From: Promethearchaeota archaeon | GTDB taxonomy: Archaea; Asgardarchaeota; Thorarchaeia; Thorarchaeales; Thorarchaeaceae | Assembly: GCA_014728035.1 (NCBI GenBank) | Contig: WJMJ01000071.1 | Coordinates: 32,001-96,000, forward strand | Direction of reading: 5' to 3' | Length of the DNA: 64,000 nt | The notes under the pieces: model-generated | What the model was told of the DNA's origin: nothing | Databases searched by the model: none | What the model saw: only the letters and a program-made list of their open reading frames with translations | Translations under genes and position numbers: made by a program | Shown here: positions 29,956 through 39,213 of the stretch, piece after piece | Layout of the letters: each line of letters opens with the position of its first letter | Numbering within the stretch: the first letter of the stretch is position 1

Positions 29956-31446
29956 GTGCTACATATCAGAGCGACTCGTGATATTCCTAGACAAAATATT
30001 AGGAAAGGTGATGAATTTCACCTCTATATAGTTGATTTTCACCATCATATGGGGCGCGAAAAAAGTCATCAAAACACACCGTCTGGAGCATATGAATTCT
30101 ATACCTTACTTTGGTTTGAAATGCAGAAAATTTCTAAAGATATGAGCGAGTCCGATAGTTTTCTTTTCGAGCCTTTAGGGGTGGTGCCTACTCCTATGGT
30201 TTCAGACTTATTTGAAGCAAAAAAGAGTTGGAATCGATTGAATCATGGATGGCTTATTGATAGAAGCGTCGTTTTTCCATATACTGATGACTATTCAATG
30301 AGTGGTTATCCCGACAAACCCTCCTTTCATACCTCAAATGAGAAAATCGCAGGATGGACAACCCGCCCGCCAAATTCAGCTCGTCTTATTGGTTTTTGTA
30401 GGGTGGATCCACTCGATGGATCTAAGATTTCTAAGGAATCAGCTGTAAAAGAGTTAGATTATGCAATTGGAACTTTAGGTCTACGAGGACTAAAATTACA
30501 TCCGTTGGCTCAATTATTTGTTGATGCGATAGAAGATGATTTGACTGCACGCGTAATGAAGCGAGCTGCGGAATGGTGTATTCCTGTAATTTTTGATACT
30601 CGCAACATAAATACTGCAATAAAGATTCAGAACCTTGTTTCTCAGGTACGAGAAGATAATCCTTCGTTATCTAATGATTTGAAGGTCGTATTAGCTCATT
30701 GTGGAATGAATCCAGGAGACTCTCGTCTTTATAGAATTCTTAGAGACCCCGCCATCTATGGTGAAACTTCCAGTCTACATGGGAAGGACATTCCCGTTCT
30801 TTTCGAAATGGCACAAGAGCGTATACGTATCATGGGTGAGAGCTGGTCTAACAAAATCCTATTTGGTACTGATTACAGTTTCTTATCTGTACAAGCAATT
30901 GACCTCATTCTTTTTTTACTCACTCACGAGTTTCCTGGCACTTTAGCTGATGCTCAAAAAATATTAGCAGGTAATGCTCTCACACTGATAAATAGACCAT
31001 TTTTCTCAAAATCCAAAACCATTACAAAATCTCAACAATATTCATTCTCTTATGATAGAGCTGAACCGATCAAGGAGTTTCTGATCAAGCTATTCCTGAA
31101 AAAAGATATTGATTTGGCTTCTTTAGACGTGATGATTCCTCCGTCTTCTACCTGGCCTGATTTGGAGCCATTGCAAAATGGTGGTTATAATGGAATTCAT
31201 TTCGACTCACTTATAGCTTCACTTAGAAAACGTGATGGGTCTAAAGAATTACATCTATGGCTAAGAGAAAATCTTGGATTAGTAAGACTATCCCTGTTAC
31301 AAAGTCATGGTGATAAATCTTTGAAAAAACTAGAATTAACGTCTGATTCTATACCTCAATCTCTTTATGAAGAATTGGAATCAACCAACGTTCAGACCGA
31401 TTCATTTGGTGAGATTCTAAGTCACGTTTCAGAGATATTTTCATAG
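29956..31446 (+). CDS. amidohydrolase family protein (Amidohydro_2)
   Basis: IVDFHHH, GFCRVDP, GLRGLKLHP, VVLAHCG, KILFGTDY, KILAGNA. Confidence 0.85.
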   Translation: MLHIRATRDIPRQNIRKGDEFHLYIVDFHHHMGREKSHQNTPSGAYEFYTLLWFEMQKISKDMSESDSFLFEPLGVVPTPMVSDLFEAKKSWNRLNHGWLIDRSVVFPYTDDYSMSGYPDKPSFHTSNEKIAGWTTRPPNSARLIGFCRVDPLDGSKISKESAVKELDYAIGTLGLRGLKLHPLAQLFVDAIEDDLTARVMKRAAEWCIPVIFDTRNINTAIKIQNLVSQVREDNPSLSNDLKVVLAHCGMNPGDSRLYRILRDPAIYGETSSLHGKDIPVLFEMAQERIRIMGESWSNKILFGTDYSFLSVQAIDLILFLLTHEFPGTLADAQKILAGNALTLINRPFFSKSKTITKSQQYSFSYDRAEPIKEFLIKLFLKKDIDLASLDVMIPPSSTWPDLEPLQNGGYNGIHFDSLIASLRKRDGSKELHLWLRENLGLVRLSLLQSHGDKSLKKLELTSDSIPQSLYEELESTNVQTDSFGEILSHVSEIFS

Positions 31447-31521
31447 TCCACCTCAGATTTTATAACACAAATTAGAGATAGCATATCATCAGATAAGGAG
31501 GCTACTACGATTACAAAATCA

Positions 31522-32799
31522 GTGAAATTGGAAATCATTGATGGTGGAGACCTTAGAGGTTACGCCAATTTGCATCCCGCTACAGCAAAAAGATTGAATT
31601 CAGATATTGGGTCGATTGTTATTTTTGAAGACCCCCATAGCAGTTTTTGGGGCGCAGCGGAGATTCGGAAAAGCAAGGATATTGATGAGAACCAGATAGT
31701 AGTAGACTCGCTAGTACTTGAGGCATCACTTCTTATGGAAGGTGATGAGGTAGAAGTAGTTCTTTATGATGAAGATATGATTGCTTTAGAGTATGTTGAA
31801 TTTGGATTAAAACCCCTCACAGAAGATGCGAATACTGATGATTTGGTTAGTAGAGCAGCTGAATCATTTGATACTCTTGAAAAATTAATTGGGGGTCGGT
31901 TGGTATATCCTGGTATGTCCTTTAATTGGCCAGAGTTGGATGTTAAAGTTGAAATCTTGACAACACGACCTTCTCTTTCAGGAAAAAGTTTTGCGAAGCT
32001 TGCTTTTGAGGCACTGAAGGAACGTACTGGATATCAGTTCAAAACTATCGGGATTGCAACTCCCTTTAATGCCATTTTATGCATTGATACAAGTGGGTCT
32101 ATGAAAACAACAGATGTTCCAGTACAAGATATTGCTCACGCACGAGAGGGACTCAAGGATCTTGCTGGAGACAATCCTGAAGTCCAAGCTTTCTTAGACC
32201 GATTTGAAGAAGGATCAAAAGTTAGTAGAGCTGAAGCTGCTGCTATGGCGGTCTTACTATATCTAGCTGAAAAAGTAGGACGCGGATATGGTGAAAAAGT
32301 TGCCGTAATCACTTTTGAGAAATCTGTGAGTGAAATGACATTTCTTGATTCTGAAACTGGTGAAGTACAGCCTTTTGTTGAATGTACTGGTCGTGAAAAA
32401 GCATTAGGTTTACAGATTATTAGCACCCATGTTGTTGATAAGGTCGAAGAAGGAGGTACTCTTACCGCAATGGGTTCATCGCTTCAAACAGCTGCTGATA
32501 TTTTGGATGCATTCGGAGAGAAAACCAAACCTACAATGCTTATCATGTTGACAGATGGAATGACAACTTTCGGACCTCCCCCTCTCAAAGTTTTGAAGGA
32601 GCAATTTCCAGATCGGTCTCGTCTAGTTATTTATTGCATTGGACTCGGTGAAAGAAGTGAGATTGATGAAGAATTGATGCTTGCAATGGCACAATATGGC
32701 AATGGCACCTATCGTCATGTGGATAATATGCGTGATTTGCTTGAGTGGTATGGACGACTAGCTACCGAATTTGCAGTTGTTGTTCGTGGTGAAGACTAA
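31522..32799 (+). CDS. Cdc48/VAT-N-like domain + vWA domain protein
   Basis: The N-terminus resembles the double-psi barrel (GYANLHPATAKRL...IGSIVIF...IVVD...EGDEVEV). Intact MIDAS: DTSGS, GTLT, LTDG. Confidence 0.8.
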   Translation: MKLEIIDGGDLRGYANLHPATAKRLNSDIGSIVIFEDPHSSFWGAAEIRKSKDIDENQIVVDSLVLEASLLMEGDEVEVVLYDEDMIALEYVEFGLKPLTEDANTDDLVSRAAESFDTLEKLIGGRLVYPGMSFNWPELDVKVEILTTRPSLSGKSFAKLAFEALKERTGYQFKTIGIATPFNAILCIDTSGSMKTTDVPVQDIAHAREGLKDLAGDNPEVQAFLDRFEEGSKVSRAEAAAMAVLLYLAEKVGRGYGEKVAVITFEKSVSEMTFLDSETGEVQPFVECTGREKALGLQIISTHVVDKVEEGGTLTAMGSSLQTAADILDAFGEKTKPTMLIMLTDGMTTFGPPPLKVLKEQFPDRSRLVIYCIGLGERSEIDEELMLAMAQYGNGTYRHVDNMRDLLEWYGRLATEFAVVVRGED

Positions 32800-34406
32800 G
32801 AGTGTTCGAATGCTTGGGACAGTGATTTCAGAGTCGGTATATCCATTTCTCTAATTTGGTCTTCTGGGATACTAGCTAGCATATCTTCTGGGATTTGAGC
32901 TAGAATCTCCGCTTTCTCTCTCCCGTACTTTTCGATCAAAGAATCAATCTTCTTGTCTCCAGTCAGCTCCAAAATTTCAGGTTCTGATTTTTCTATTTCC
33001 ATTTCTCCCATTGAAGAAATCAGCATTTCTATCTCGTCTTCAGTCATCGCTTCTATTGCTTCTTTACCCATTGACTCTTTTACTTCGTCAGGTAACTTAC
33101 TCAATAGGTCGTCTTTTTTGGACTTGGATTTCTCTTTTTTCGTTTTGGAGGGTGTCAGTTTCTTTGCTTCTTCGATTATTTTTATTGCTGTGGCATTACC
33201 GATTCCATCAACCTCCTCTGCTAGCTTATCGGGATTCGCCTTAGCCACATCAAGAACTGACTCATATCCAGCTGCTTTAAGGCTTTCAACGGTCGATGGA
33301 CCTATTCCGCTGATATCCTCAAGTGTTAGTTTCTTCTTTTTCTTTCTTCTAACTCTTCTAACTACCTTCTTCTTTTTCTTCTTAGGGGATTTCTTTTCAG
33401 GAACTATCGCTTCTTCTACCTTTGCAGTGACATCTTCAGATTCAGCTGTCATATTAAGGAGTGCTTCAAGCTCTTCAATACTAATATTCTCTAGTACATC
33501 TGAAGGCATACTATCCTTAACCTCGTCAGGAAGTCTGGCTAGCATTTCCTCTCTTGCTGTTTCCGTTTTTACTCTTTGAACTCTTCTTACTTTCCTGACT
33601 TTACCTCTATCTGTCTTTGGTTTCTTCTTTTCTTTTTCAATTGACTTCTCTTTTGATGCGAATGATTCCATCAACGAGTTAACCAATTCTCGTGCGGTTT
33701 TGGGTGTGAGTCTACTGAGGTCTTCAGGTGGAAGAGTTGCTAGTATTTCATCAGGGAGCTCTGATAATATTTCTGAAATCTCATCAGCGGTTGTTTTTGG
33801 CTCTATTCTTTCGATTTTCGATTTTTCAAAAACGATTGGTTTTCCAGTTAACTCTTCCTCTAAAATTGAGTAGTCTATCTCAATATCAAAGTCCTTATTT
33901 TTCCATTTCAGAAGAGAATCTATTGCCTCCGGATCCATCTGAATTTCTCTTAGATACAGTCGGATATCCTCTTCGACCATCCCTGGGAAATCAGCTATGA
34001 TCTTGTCAATTTCTTCCTCTGGCAATCTAGCCCATAATGGACCATGAATCAATTTTGAGAGCCCATTTGCACAATGGGATCTAACCCAAGAATTGGAATC
34101 TTTTAACCCCTCTAGTAATATCGGAATTGTCTTTGGCTGGTGGTAATATGCCAAAGCTTGTGCAGCTGCTATTCTTACATCATCTTCATCATCATTCATT
34201 GCTTTTGCAATATCATCTACTATATTGGGATTCGAGTATTCTATTGATGCAAGTAGAGCTCTTTCCCTCACAACGTCTGAAGAATCAGACATTGCTTGAA
34301 CCAAGTCCTTTCTCACTTCTGAATTTTCCCTTGCCAGTTTTCCAACTTGTTCGGTTTCAAATTCTAACAATAGACGTCTCGTTTTTGACAAAGGAATTCT
34401 CTCCAA
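32796..34406 (-). CDS. HEAT-repeat + helix-hairpin-helix protein with repeated LPD/E helical modules
   Basis: HEAT-type D..VR motifs; LEDISGIGPSTVESLKAAGY...VDGIGNATAIKI (HhH); four LPDE/IPED repeats; poly-Lys/Arg linkers. Confidence 0.75.
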   Translation of the reverse strand: MERIPLSKTRRLLLEFETEQVGKLARENSEVRKDLVQAMSDSSDVVRERALLASIEYSNPNIVDDIAKAMNDDEDDVRIAAAQALAYYHQPKTIPILLEGLKDSNSWVRSHCANGLSKLIHGPLWARLPEEEIDKIIADFPGMVEEDIRLYLREIQMDPEAIDSLLKWKNKDFDIEIDYSILEEELTGKPIVFEKSKIERIEPKTTADEISEILSELPDEILATLPPEDLSRLTPKTARELVNSLMESFASKEKSIEKEKKKPKTDRGKVRKVRRVQRVKTETAREEMLARLPDEVKDSMPSDVLENISIEELEALLNMTAESEDVTAKVEEAIVPEKKSPKKKKKKVVRRVRRKKKKKLTLEDISGIGPSTVESLKAAGYESVLDVAKANPDKLAEEVDGIGNATAIKIIEEAKKLTPSKTKKEKSKSKKDDLLSKLPDEVKESMGKEAIEAMTEDEIEMLISSMGEMEIEKSEPEILELTGDKKIDSLIEKYGREKAEILAQIPEDMLASIPEDQIREMDIPTLKSLSQAFEHS

Positions 34407-34626
34407 TTTTATATGTTATTTTCCTATTATTAGAGGATATATTGACTTCACTAGATTATAGTACTTAAATCAGTTGTCACCAAACCTTGAAGTATAATCT
34501 CTATTGTATTAATATTCAGAATACCATAAGAACATTTACGGGATAATCCCTCAGAAAAGAAAGATGATTTTTACAAAACCATATAGATTATAGGTTGTTT
34601 CCTGGTAAACGCTATTCGTGTAAATA

Positions 34627-35445
34627 ATGAAAAGTAAAGAAACACTTAAACCCAATATCTATCGAGTAATCCTGTTTTCTCTGCTCATGTTTATTATTGT
34701 GTTATTACCTGTATCTGCTAGTTTCATTTTCACCGGTGAATCCTACAATCTAATTGTCACATTACTATTCTTCGGAAGTTTCATTTTAATGTATATTCTC
34801 CCACTATATTTTGTACGGTGGGAGGGTGGAAATTCTATAGAAGAGCTTGGTGTAGGTATGGATGATAATACCGTACGAGACCTGTTTATTGGTGGACTTA
34901 CTGGCATTATTGCATCTGGTTTTGTGGTAATCTTCGCATATCTTGGTGGCACTCTCAGACCCGTAAGTCAAATAACTACAGATCTCATCATTTCTCAAAT
35001 CATCATTACTACACCAGTTGCGTTTTTCGAAGAATTATGTTACAGAGGTTATATGATGACTCGAATGGCTCGATTAGGTGGTCCTATTTTTGGCATATTA
35101 CTTAGTTCAATTCTTTTCTCCTTGTTTCATTTCAGTTGGTGGATTCCACTTGGTACTGTCCCACCTCATATGATCCTATTGTTTACAACAAATCTTCTAC
35201 TTGGTGGAATTGTCCTAGGTTTATCGTACTATTTGTCCGGTGAGAAATTGTGGGCAGCTATTGGGTTCCATTTCATGTGGAATATGATTGCTTACATTAT
35301 GTTTCCCATATATCCTCGTGAGTTTGCATATCTTCCTGAAATCTTCCAAATAGAGTGGGGGATTATTTCAATACTGGGATTTCTACTTGGAGCTGTTATC
35401 ATATGGTTCGTATACTCATCACTAATCCAAAAAGAATCTGAGTAA
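34627..35445 (+). CDS. CPBP/Abi (type II CAAX) intramembrane metalloprotease
   Basis: EELCYRG, FSLFH, AAIGFHFMWN. Confidence 0.85.
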   Translation: MKSKETLKPNIYRVILFSLLMFIIVLLPVSASFIFTGESYNLIVTLLFFGSFILMYILPLYFVRWEGGNSIEELGVGMDDNTVRDLFIGGLTGIIASGFVVIFAYLGGTLRPVSQITTDLIISQIIITTPVAFFEELCYRGYMMTRMARLGGPIFGILLSSILFSLFHFSWWIPLGTVPPHMILLFTTNLLLGGIVLGLSYYLSGEKLWAAIGFHFMWNMIAYIMFPIYPREFAYLPEIFQIEWGIISILGFLLGAVIIWFVYSSLIQKESE

Positions 35446-35463
35446 AACGGATAAAAAGAGAAC

Positions 35464-35489
35464 AATGGGTCCGCAAAATGCGTCCCATT
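35464..35489. terminator. hairpin between convergent genes
   Basis: aatggg..cgca-aaa-tgcg..cccatt, flanked by A- and T-tracts. Confidence 0.45.
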
Positions 35490-35507
35490 TCCTTATTTTT
35501 TTATTTT

Positions 35508-36203
35508 CTATGATGAAGAGTCATATCTACCATCATCTTTGATTACTAGCATTGTTAAGCCATTTAGACCAATAATAGTAACTTTCTCTCCAGCTTGGAT
35601 TGGAGGTCCAGTTGTTTTTGCCCACCAAATTTCAGAACCAATCTTAATCTTTCCACGAGGATTAATGTCGGTGAGAGCCTCAATATTCTGTGTTGTTCCA
35701 TATTGATGTTGAGGCCAATCATCATAATTTCTTAGAAAGATGAAGTAAAGAATCATCAGACATCCAATTGTTCCAACCATTATATAGACGGTCAGTCTAT
35801 TGGTGGGATCGATAATCGTTGCTGCGATAATTGCAACTGCATATAGTGGAAAGAGTTTCATAGAAACTTTCGCATCAATAAAAGCTCCCTCTACAAAGCT
35901 GCCACCACCTGTAAATATGGTGAACATTATATACAAAACAGCGGCGACGACTACTAACATCCACCATTCAAATTCAAAAGATGGTGTAAGCATCGTTTGA
36001 AATGCAAACAGGATGATTATTAGGGGCACTGTTATCTGTGCCATTGCTTTTCCAGTTGCTGGTTCTACAGTTAGGACTAGTAATGTTAGGATAACTCCTA
36101 GCAGTATAAGCCCTATGAATGGGTCAAAGATGATGTAACCAACAATCATACTTAATGCTGAAAGAAGCACAAGTACAACAAATACCTTGATCCATGCGTC
36201 CAT
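35508..36203 (-). CDS. NfeD-family membrane protein
   Basis: TM helices plus a C-terminal OB domain (ALTDINPRGKIKIGSEIWWAK...GEKVTI). Located downstream of stomatin. Confidence 0.8.
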   Translation of the reverse strand: MDAWIKVFVVLVLLSALSMIVGYIIFDPFIGLILLGVILTLLVLTVEPATGKAMAQITVPLIIILFAFQTMLTPSFEFEWWMLVVVAAVLYIMFTIFTGGGSFVEGAFIDAKVSMKLFPLYAVAIIAATIIDPTNRLTVYIMVGTIGCLMILYFIFLRNYDDWPQHQYGTTQNIEALTDINPRGKIKIGSEIWWAKTTGPPIQAGEKVTIIGLNGLTMLVIKDDGRYDSSS

Positions 36204-36216
36204 TTTTTCACCTACT

Positions 36217-37041
36217 TTATTGAACGCTTCCCTTATCTTTTGGAACTTTTAGACCGCCTGTGCCTGCAGCTAAAGCTACGGATGCCGCTGCTGAAGCACC
36301 AACTTCAGGTATGTTGGTTGGTAACATGATTATGAGATTTGCATTCTTGCTAATTTCCTGCATGATGTTCCATGTTCTGAGCACAAAACCAACTTGTGAC
36401 TCCTCATAGATTTTTGCAGCCTTCAGCATCGTTTCTGATGCTTCGAGTTCAGCTGTAGCTAGAGTGATTCTAGCTCGGCGTTCTCGTTCTGCTTGTGCTT
36501 CTCGACTCATTGCATCTTGTAATTGAGTTGGGATAACAACATCACGAATCTCTACTGCTGTGACTTTGACGCCCCAGTGTTCAGTCTTTTCATCAATAAG
36601 TTCCTGCAAATGTTGGGCGATTTTATCTCTCTCTGATAGCACTTCATCCAGAGTAACTTTTCCTGTTGTTTCACGAAGTGTTGTCTGGGCTGCTAGTTCT
36701 ACTGCAATTGTATACCTTTCCACACTTAATATCGCTTTTTCAACATTGATTACTCTGAAATACATGACCGCATCTACGACAACAGGAACGTTATCCTTTG
36801 TCAGAGAACGTTCAGTTTTGAATGCATAAGTCTGTAATCTCAATGATACTTTCATTGCAACCTTGTCAAGCATTGGAGTAATCCAGATTATTCCAGGACC
36901 TCGTATGTGCTTAAACTTACCAAGCCGTAGCACAGCTACTCTTTCCCATTCTTTCAGAACTCTGATTCCACTCGCGATAAAGACCAAAATAAGAAACGCG
37001 ACAATAACGATTGCGAAGATTATTAATTCATTAAACTGCAA
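36217..37041 (-). CDS. SPFH/stomatin (slipin) family protein
   Basis: EWERVAVLRLG, GPG, LTKDNVPV, AQTTLRE, WGVKVTAVEI, AQAERERRA. TTG start with GGAG upstream. Confidence 0.9.
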   Translation of the reverse strand: MQFNELIIFAIVIVAFLILVFIASGIRVLKEWERVAVLRLGKFKHIRGPGIIWITPMLDKVAMKVSLRLQTYAFKTERSLTKDNVPVVVDAVMYFRVINVEKAILSVERYTIAVELAAQTTLRETTGKVTLDEVLSERDKIAQHLQELIDEKTEHWGVKVTAVEIRDVVIPTQLQDAMSREAQAERERRARITLATAELEASETMLKAAKIYEESQVGFVLRTWNIMQEISKNANLIIMLPTNIPEVGASAAASVALAAGTGGLKVPKDKGSVQ

Positions 37042-37171
37042 ATTTGTTTTCTCCTGTCCACACCGACGTGTAAACAAGAACAGTGTTTAACCGTTCTATG
37101 AGCTTTTATTGCACGAAACCATATGAAGTTTGGTACTGAATCAATGTAATTTTTTTCTTTCAAGAAGGCTT

Positions 37172-37984
37172 TTACAAGTTAGATTCCTCTTGTCCTAATT
37201 CGGAGATTCTATCAACATATGGAATTGTAGGAAGGATGAGGTTTTCATTCTTAATAGCTTTTGAGACCAAGATACAGATTGGTGCTACGATAAATGTAGC
37301 AATTATCCGCTCAATGGGATAAAGAAAAGCTACAGACACATAGAATGGTGCGATAACTTCTGCTGGTACTAACTGGATATAGATGAAGTAGTAAACTCCA
37401 ATAACGGAACCAATCAATTGATCTGTCATCACAGCTATGAATGCCATAATTAGGAAAGGAAGAATTCTGAAGGTGAAATTGCTTTCTGTTGTTGGTGTCA
37501 CTCCTTCATACAATAATCTCCCAACTTGTGGAATAATGAAGATCATGCTAATGATTAAAGCTATGATATGTAACCAGAGAAATATTCCAGCTTGAAGGAA
37601 AATAGGCCCAATAACAAAAAGAACTGTTCCAGATAGATAGATTAAGAATGATATTTGTGGTCTTCCCATTCTGATTGCCCCTGCAACAAGTGCAGCAGAT
37701 GCAGGTGCAAGAGGTGTAAATGGTCCAAGTATGGTGCCTATTGCAGGATTTGCAAACATTCCAAGAGTAGTACCAATAATTACTGCTAGGGTTCCATATA
37801 ATGGTCCTAGTAAGAAACCAATTATTGGTGCAGAAATCAAACCAAATGAAATTACACCTTCAATACCAACTGAGATACTAAATGGAATTATAGTTATGAT
37901 AAAATGAATTGCTGCAAATACTCCTGTTAATGCCCAAGGATAAGCACTTGATTTTTGAATCTGCGACATATATTTCTTCACCAA
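37172..37984 (-). CDS. ECF transporter S-component-like membrane protein
   Basis: APIIGFLLGPLYG and YPIERII; multiple TM segments. Confidence 0.65.
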   Translation of the reverse strand: MVKKYMSQIQKSSAYPWALTGVFAAIHFIITIIPFSISVGIEGVISFGLISAPIIGFLLGPLYGTLAVIIGTTLGMFANPAIGTILGPFTPLAPASAALVAGAIRMGRPQISFLIYLSGTVLFVIGPIFLQAGIFLWLHIIALIISMIFIIPQVGRLLYEGVTPTTESNFTFRILPFLIMAFIAVMTDQLIGSVIGVYYFIYIQLVPAEVIAPFYVSVAFLYPIERIIATFIVAPICILVSKAIKNENLILPTIPYVDRISELGQEESNL

Positions 37985-38077
37985 AAATACAATGGAATCT
38001 TTGTGTTTGAAAATTAATCATCTATATGAATGTACTCAATAATAATGAGATATCGGAGAATTTTCTCCGACATATCT

Positions 38078-38995
38078 TTAGTTACTAGATGAAGCTAGAA
38101 TCCAGAAGAATAACCCGCCTAGAATCCATACAAAAAGGCCAGCTCCAAGCACAATGCCAAAAGCTGCTCCAGCTCCGGATGAACCAAAGTTCACATGCAT
38201 ATTTGTGAATCTCTTGAAACCTCCGATATATTTGGTTTCGTAACTACAATGGAAGTGTTTGTCTGTAACTGCTCCACATATCTCACATACAAACTTGTTT
38301 TGAAAAGCAGCACCTAGTAGACTATCCATATTGCACCCAATGAATGCTGTTAGTATTGATAATGGAATAACAAGAAGAAGTTGTGCATTATTTGTTATAG
38401 GTGTAAGTTCAGGTGCGAGTACACCAAAAATAACAACGATAACTCCAATGAATAGTCCAGCAGCAGCTGCAATTCCCTCCCCCAGTAGAGAAACTGCACC
38501 AATAGTTCCACGTGGTACTTTTCTTCTAAGGTTTGTTATGAGCCTTGGCTTTCCTTTACTGAATATTCCCACTTCACTGGCTAGGGTGTCTGCAGATGTT
38601 GTTGCTACAGCACCGATAAACCCACCAAACATGTAGAATGCCATATTTGGATCAGAGCTGAATAATGGTGAGAGGTACATTGCAATGGAAAACATCATAG
38701 GAATAAGACCACTACCAAAAACGTTCTTCCATGATCTTTTTCCTTTCTGCTCTTGGGCAAATCCTTGTTTAGCTTTTGCTTTGTATTTGAATTTTGTAGC
38801 AATGCCAGACGTTATGAAAAAGAAGAGTAATAGGCTGAACGCCACGGGACCCCCAGTATACCATACTGTGAATCCAACGATGAAAGCACTGATTAATCCT
38901 GATACGTCTACGAAACGAAGACGATACGTTAAAGCTCCAATTATGGCCATCAATATCAGGCCTGAAACAACTGGGTGGGCCAATAGCTGTTGCAT
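38078..38995 (-). CDS. DUF92/TMEM19 family membrane protein with a C-terminal Zn-knuckle insert
   Basis: GKRSWKNV, ADTLASEVG, GAVSLLG, DSLLGA, CEICG...HFHC, NMHVN. Confidence 0.85.
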   Translation of the reverse strand: MQQLLAHPVVSGLILMAIIGALTYRLRFVDVSGLISAFIVGFTVWYTGGPVAFSLLLFFFITSGIATKFKYKAKAKQGFAQEQKGKRSWKNVFGSGLIPMMFSIAMYLSPLFSSDPNMAFYMFGGFIGAVATTSADTLASEVGIFSKGKPRLITNLRRKVPRGTIGAVSLLGEGIAAAAGLFIGVIVVIFGVLAPELTPITNNAQLLLVIPLSILTAFIGCNMDSLLGAAFQNKFVCEICGAVTDKHFHCSYETKYIGGFKRFTNMHVNFGSSGAGAAFGIVLGAGLFVWILGGLFFWILASSSN

Positions 38996-39213
38996 TTCTC
39001 TTCACATCCGAGATTCTTGTTATCCTTGTTGTCCTTTAGGTGTTCGACGTCCTATCTAGCGAACCTCTATTATATGAGCATATATTATATGCTATTGTTT
39101 TTCTCCCTTATTAGTAAAACATCCCGTTTCGTACCATTTATACCTTTGGTAATCTCCTCAACAACTGTCGAAGTATAAATCGACTAATGACTGAATTAAT
39201 GTGTAATAACTGC

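Noticed and set aside
24539-32799. Sec23/24 or Rpn10 identity for the vWA proteins
   Set aside because: No N-terminal Zn finger, gelsolin domain or UIM; the architecture is different.
32953-33579. 208-aa Ser/Phe-rich plus-strand ORF
   Set aside because: Antisense shadow of the Glu/Lys-rich HEAT-HhH gene.
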